This document shows positions 62,004 through 64,000 of a stretch of 64,000 nt of DNA, in pieces; position 1 is the first letter of the stretch; every line of letters begins with the position of its first letter. Below the pieces are notes generated by a model, which did not search any database, was not told the origin of the DNA, and saw only the letters and a program-made list of their open reading frames with translations. Position numbers and translations under genes: made by a program. Origin of the DNA: a virus; the IMG/VR virus record IMGVR_UViG_3300035698_006717, positions 32,001-96,000 of that record, one strand, 5' to 3'.

Positions 62004-62288
62004 GTGATACCTTCAACGCAAGCAAATAAACAAGAAGAAGTAAAAGCTGAGGCAAAAGTAGCAGAAGATCCAAGTCAGGTTAAATGTACGGAATGTAGTA
62101 AGAAGTTGGTCAACAAGCCTCAAAAGAATACCATTAGTGATCACTCAATCTATATGATCAAGAAAAGGGAAGAAGATGTTTATGCTCCATATTGTTCACT
62201 TTGTTGTAGTGGAATGGAATATCGCAAGATTGGTCAAATAGAAACTTATGACACTTATCAAAAGAAACTGAAAGCAGGATTACTATGA
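62004..62288 (+). CDS. hypothetical Zn-binding protein
   Basis: CTEC...CSLC. Confidence 0.55.
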   Translation: MIPSTQANKQEEVKAEAKVAEDPSQVKCTECSKKLVNKPQKNTISDHSIYMIKKREEDVYAPYCSLCCSGMEYRKIGQIETYDTYQKKLKAGLL

Positions 62289-62608
62289 AGCCAATCCGAG
62301 AAGCATTTGATATGGAAATAAAAGCAGGATACCTTAATTGGGAAAAATTAGATAATATGTTGCATGCTGCTCTCTTTACTGTTGACAATCAGTTTAAGAC
62401 TGTGCGTGATGATACAGGAGAGGTAAAAGAAATGAGGACTACCGATACCTTAGACTTCTTTGGTAAATGCATAACAGGTGTAAAGGCTTCCTACAGGGTG
62501 ATCTCTCCTAGGTTTGCGAATGGTAAATTGATGTGTGCTGGAATACAGATAGGTATTGCTGATCTTGAAGGAAAGCCTTTCTACTCAAATCCTCCTGTGA
62601 TGTTCTAA
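62285..62608 (+). CDS. hypothetical protein
   Basis: ATGA and TAATG coupling with its neighbours. Confidence 0.6.
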   Translation: MKPIREAFDMEIKAGYLNWEKLDNMLHAALFTVDNQFKTVRDDTGEVKEMRTTDTLDFFGKCITGVKASYRVISPRFANGKLMCAGIQIGIADLEGKPFYSNPPVMF

Positions 62609-64000
62609 TGGCAGGATTATACAAGAAAGATAAGGTTGGTAATTTTAGAGAGATTAGAACTACACGTGCAGCTAAAGAAGCAGGTATAGATAATATTGGT
62701 GATTTTTATATGGATACCTACATGAAGGAAATGGAGGATCTGTGTAAGACTCCAGAAGAAGATTTGGTAGAAGATTCTAAGAATGATGAACAGAATGAAC
62801 TTTACCCGATAGGGTTCAAGCCATTTAATGATACTTGGAGATACGAGCCTGTTACATCAGAATACTTTGCAAGAGTTATGTTAGGGGAGACATTCACCCC
62901 TCTACAGCAAGAGACTATTGACGTAATATGTGGTAAAGATCCATTTCAGTTTACTGATGTCAATAAAGAAGAAGTTGATGATATGTGGGGGAAGAGAAGT
63001 GGTAAGGACTCCACAATAGCAAAGGGCGTAGCTTACCAAGGGTATAAACTTGCCTGTATATTTAATCCTCAAGAATTTTTAGGTATGGGTTTGGGAAGTA
63101 CTATTGATATAGTTAATGTTGCTTCAACTTCAAACCAAGCTAAAAAGGTTTTCTTCAAGTACCTTACCTCTTTCATAAAATTAGCAAAAGACCCTGCAAC
63201 AAAAAGAAGCTGGTTTGCCACTAGAAACTTTTGGTGGGATGTAGGTAAGCAGAAGTTTGTGTATATGGATTTGAGGCAAAAGGATGGTAACATAAAGCAG
63301 GACAATATAGATTTTGGCAGAGGAATTTGTTGCCACTCTCTAACGTCTGATAGGTTTACGGCAGAGGGCCTTAATATCATATTGGCAATAATGGATGAGA
63401 TAGGAGCTATGAGAGCTGAGAATGTATTTGGCTCTGATGAGAGAATGATTGGCCAGTATGACTCTCTTTCGGCTACGGTTAGAGCCACTTCTACTAATGG
63501 TATGGGAAAGATGCTTTGCATATCATATAAGTATGCTAGGAACTGTCCTATGTCACTTTTGGTTAAGCGGAATAAGTCTGATCCTAAAAAGTTTGTTAGG
63601 ATATATTCTGTATATGATGTAAGAACAGATACTCCTGAGAAGCAGCTTCGGAGTTCTTTTGCATCAGAGTACACTAAAGATCCAGAAAAAGCTGCTATGA
63701 TGTATGAGTGCAAAGATCCTAAGACTGATAAGGATAACCTGTACAGTAATATCTTCATCCTTAACTCTGCTATTGATAGGAAGAATAAATTTACAGTCAA
63801 TCCGATTAGGGGTGGCATAGTAACTATTGATAACATATATGATGGAGCAGATAATTTATTAGAGAAATGGTTTGTAGGTGATGAAGATCAATTCTATACT
63901 GCACATCTTGACTTGGCTAAAGGGCAAGTTTGGAAGAAACACGATGCTGCCGCATTAGCATTAGGTCACTTGCAGGAAATGACTGTAACCTATGATGAGC
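62608..64000 (+). CDS. terL: terminase large subunit (runs off the window end; absent from the ORF track)
   Basis: Hand translation: MAGLYKKD...; WGKRSGKD Walker A; NVASTSNQAK; AIMDEIG Walker B; AHLDLA...HDAAALALGH nuclease start. Confidence 0.88.
   Translation, partial: MAGLYKKDKVGNFREIRTTRAAKEAGIDNIGDFYMDTYMKEMEDLCKTPEEDLVEDSKNDEQNELYPIGFKPFNDTWRYEPVTSEYFARVMLGETFTPLQQETIDVICGKDPFQFTDVNKEEVDDMWGKRSGKDSTIAKGVAYQGYKLACIFNPQEFLGMGLGSTIDIVNVASTSNQAKKVFFKYLTSFIKLAKDPATKRSWFATRNFWWDVGKQKFVYMDLRQKDGNIKQDNIDFGRGICCHSLTSDRFTAEGLNIILAIMDEIGAMRAENVFGSDERMIGQYDSLSATVRATSTNGMGKMLCISYKYARNCPMSLLVKRNKSDPKKFVRIYSVYDVRTDTPEKQLRSSFASEYTKDPEKAAMMYECKDPKTDKDNLYSNIFILNSAIDRKNKFTVNPIRGGIVTIDNIYDGADNLLEKWFVGDEDQFYTAHLDLAKGQVWKKHDAAALALGHLQEMTVTYDE

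Noticed and set aside
63069-63836. 255-aa minus-strand ORF
   Set aside because: Antisense shadow of the terminase large subunit

Overview
This 64 kb window is part of a large, AT-rich tailed bacteriophage genome using the standard genetic code; the host cannot be determined from the sequence. (1) 1-18.9 kb (+): tRNA-Leu and a replication/recombination module (DnaE, SSB-like, UDG-like, RecA, SbcD/SbcC-like, RuvC-like), plus an M15 endolysin and an HGG-motif TerS-like gene. (2) 18.9-36.4 kb (+): many small genes in cassettes, most headed by a copy of one conserved promoter. This block ends in TG/CA-rich repeat spacers and then a sharply bounded ~1.77 kb island (35000-36770) almost devoid of CA/TG dinucleotides and flanked by TACCCGA/TCGGGTA palindromes; it may be the first-injected genome end. 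(3) 36.9-43.3 kb (-): a mosaic, more GC-rich variable region. It holds integron attC-like hairpins that delimit gene cassettes (one carrying an EcoRI-family adenine methyltransferase), a repeated 18-bp gene-junction linker, three unannotated paralogous membrane micropeptides and a 58-bp direct-repeat insertion. (4) 43.3-61.7 kb (-): a ~16 kb glycan-modification cluster (glycosyl-, methyl- and sulfotransferases; a KdsB/aldolase/dehydrogenase module), an ACP-like protein and a 5'-3' exonuclease. (5) 62 kb to the end (+): terminase large subunit, truncated by the window. All calls come from manual motif recognition; no database searches were run.
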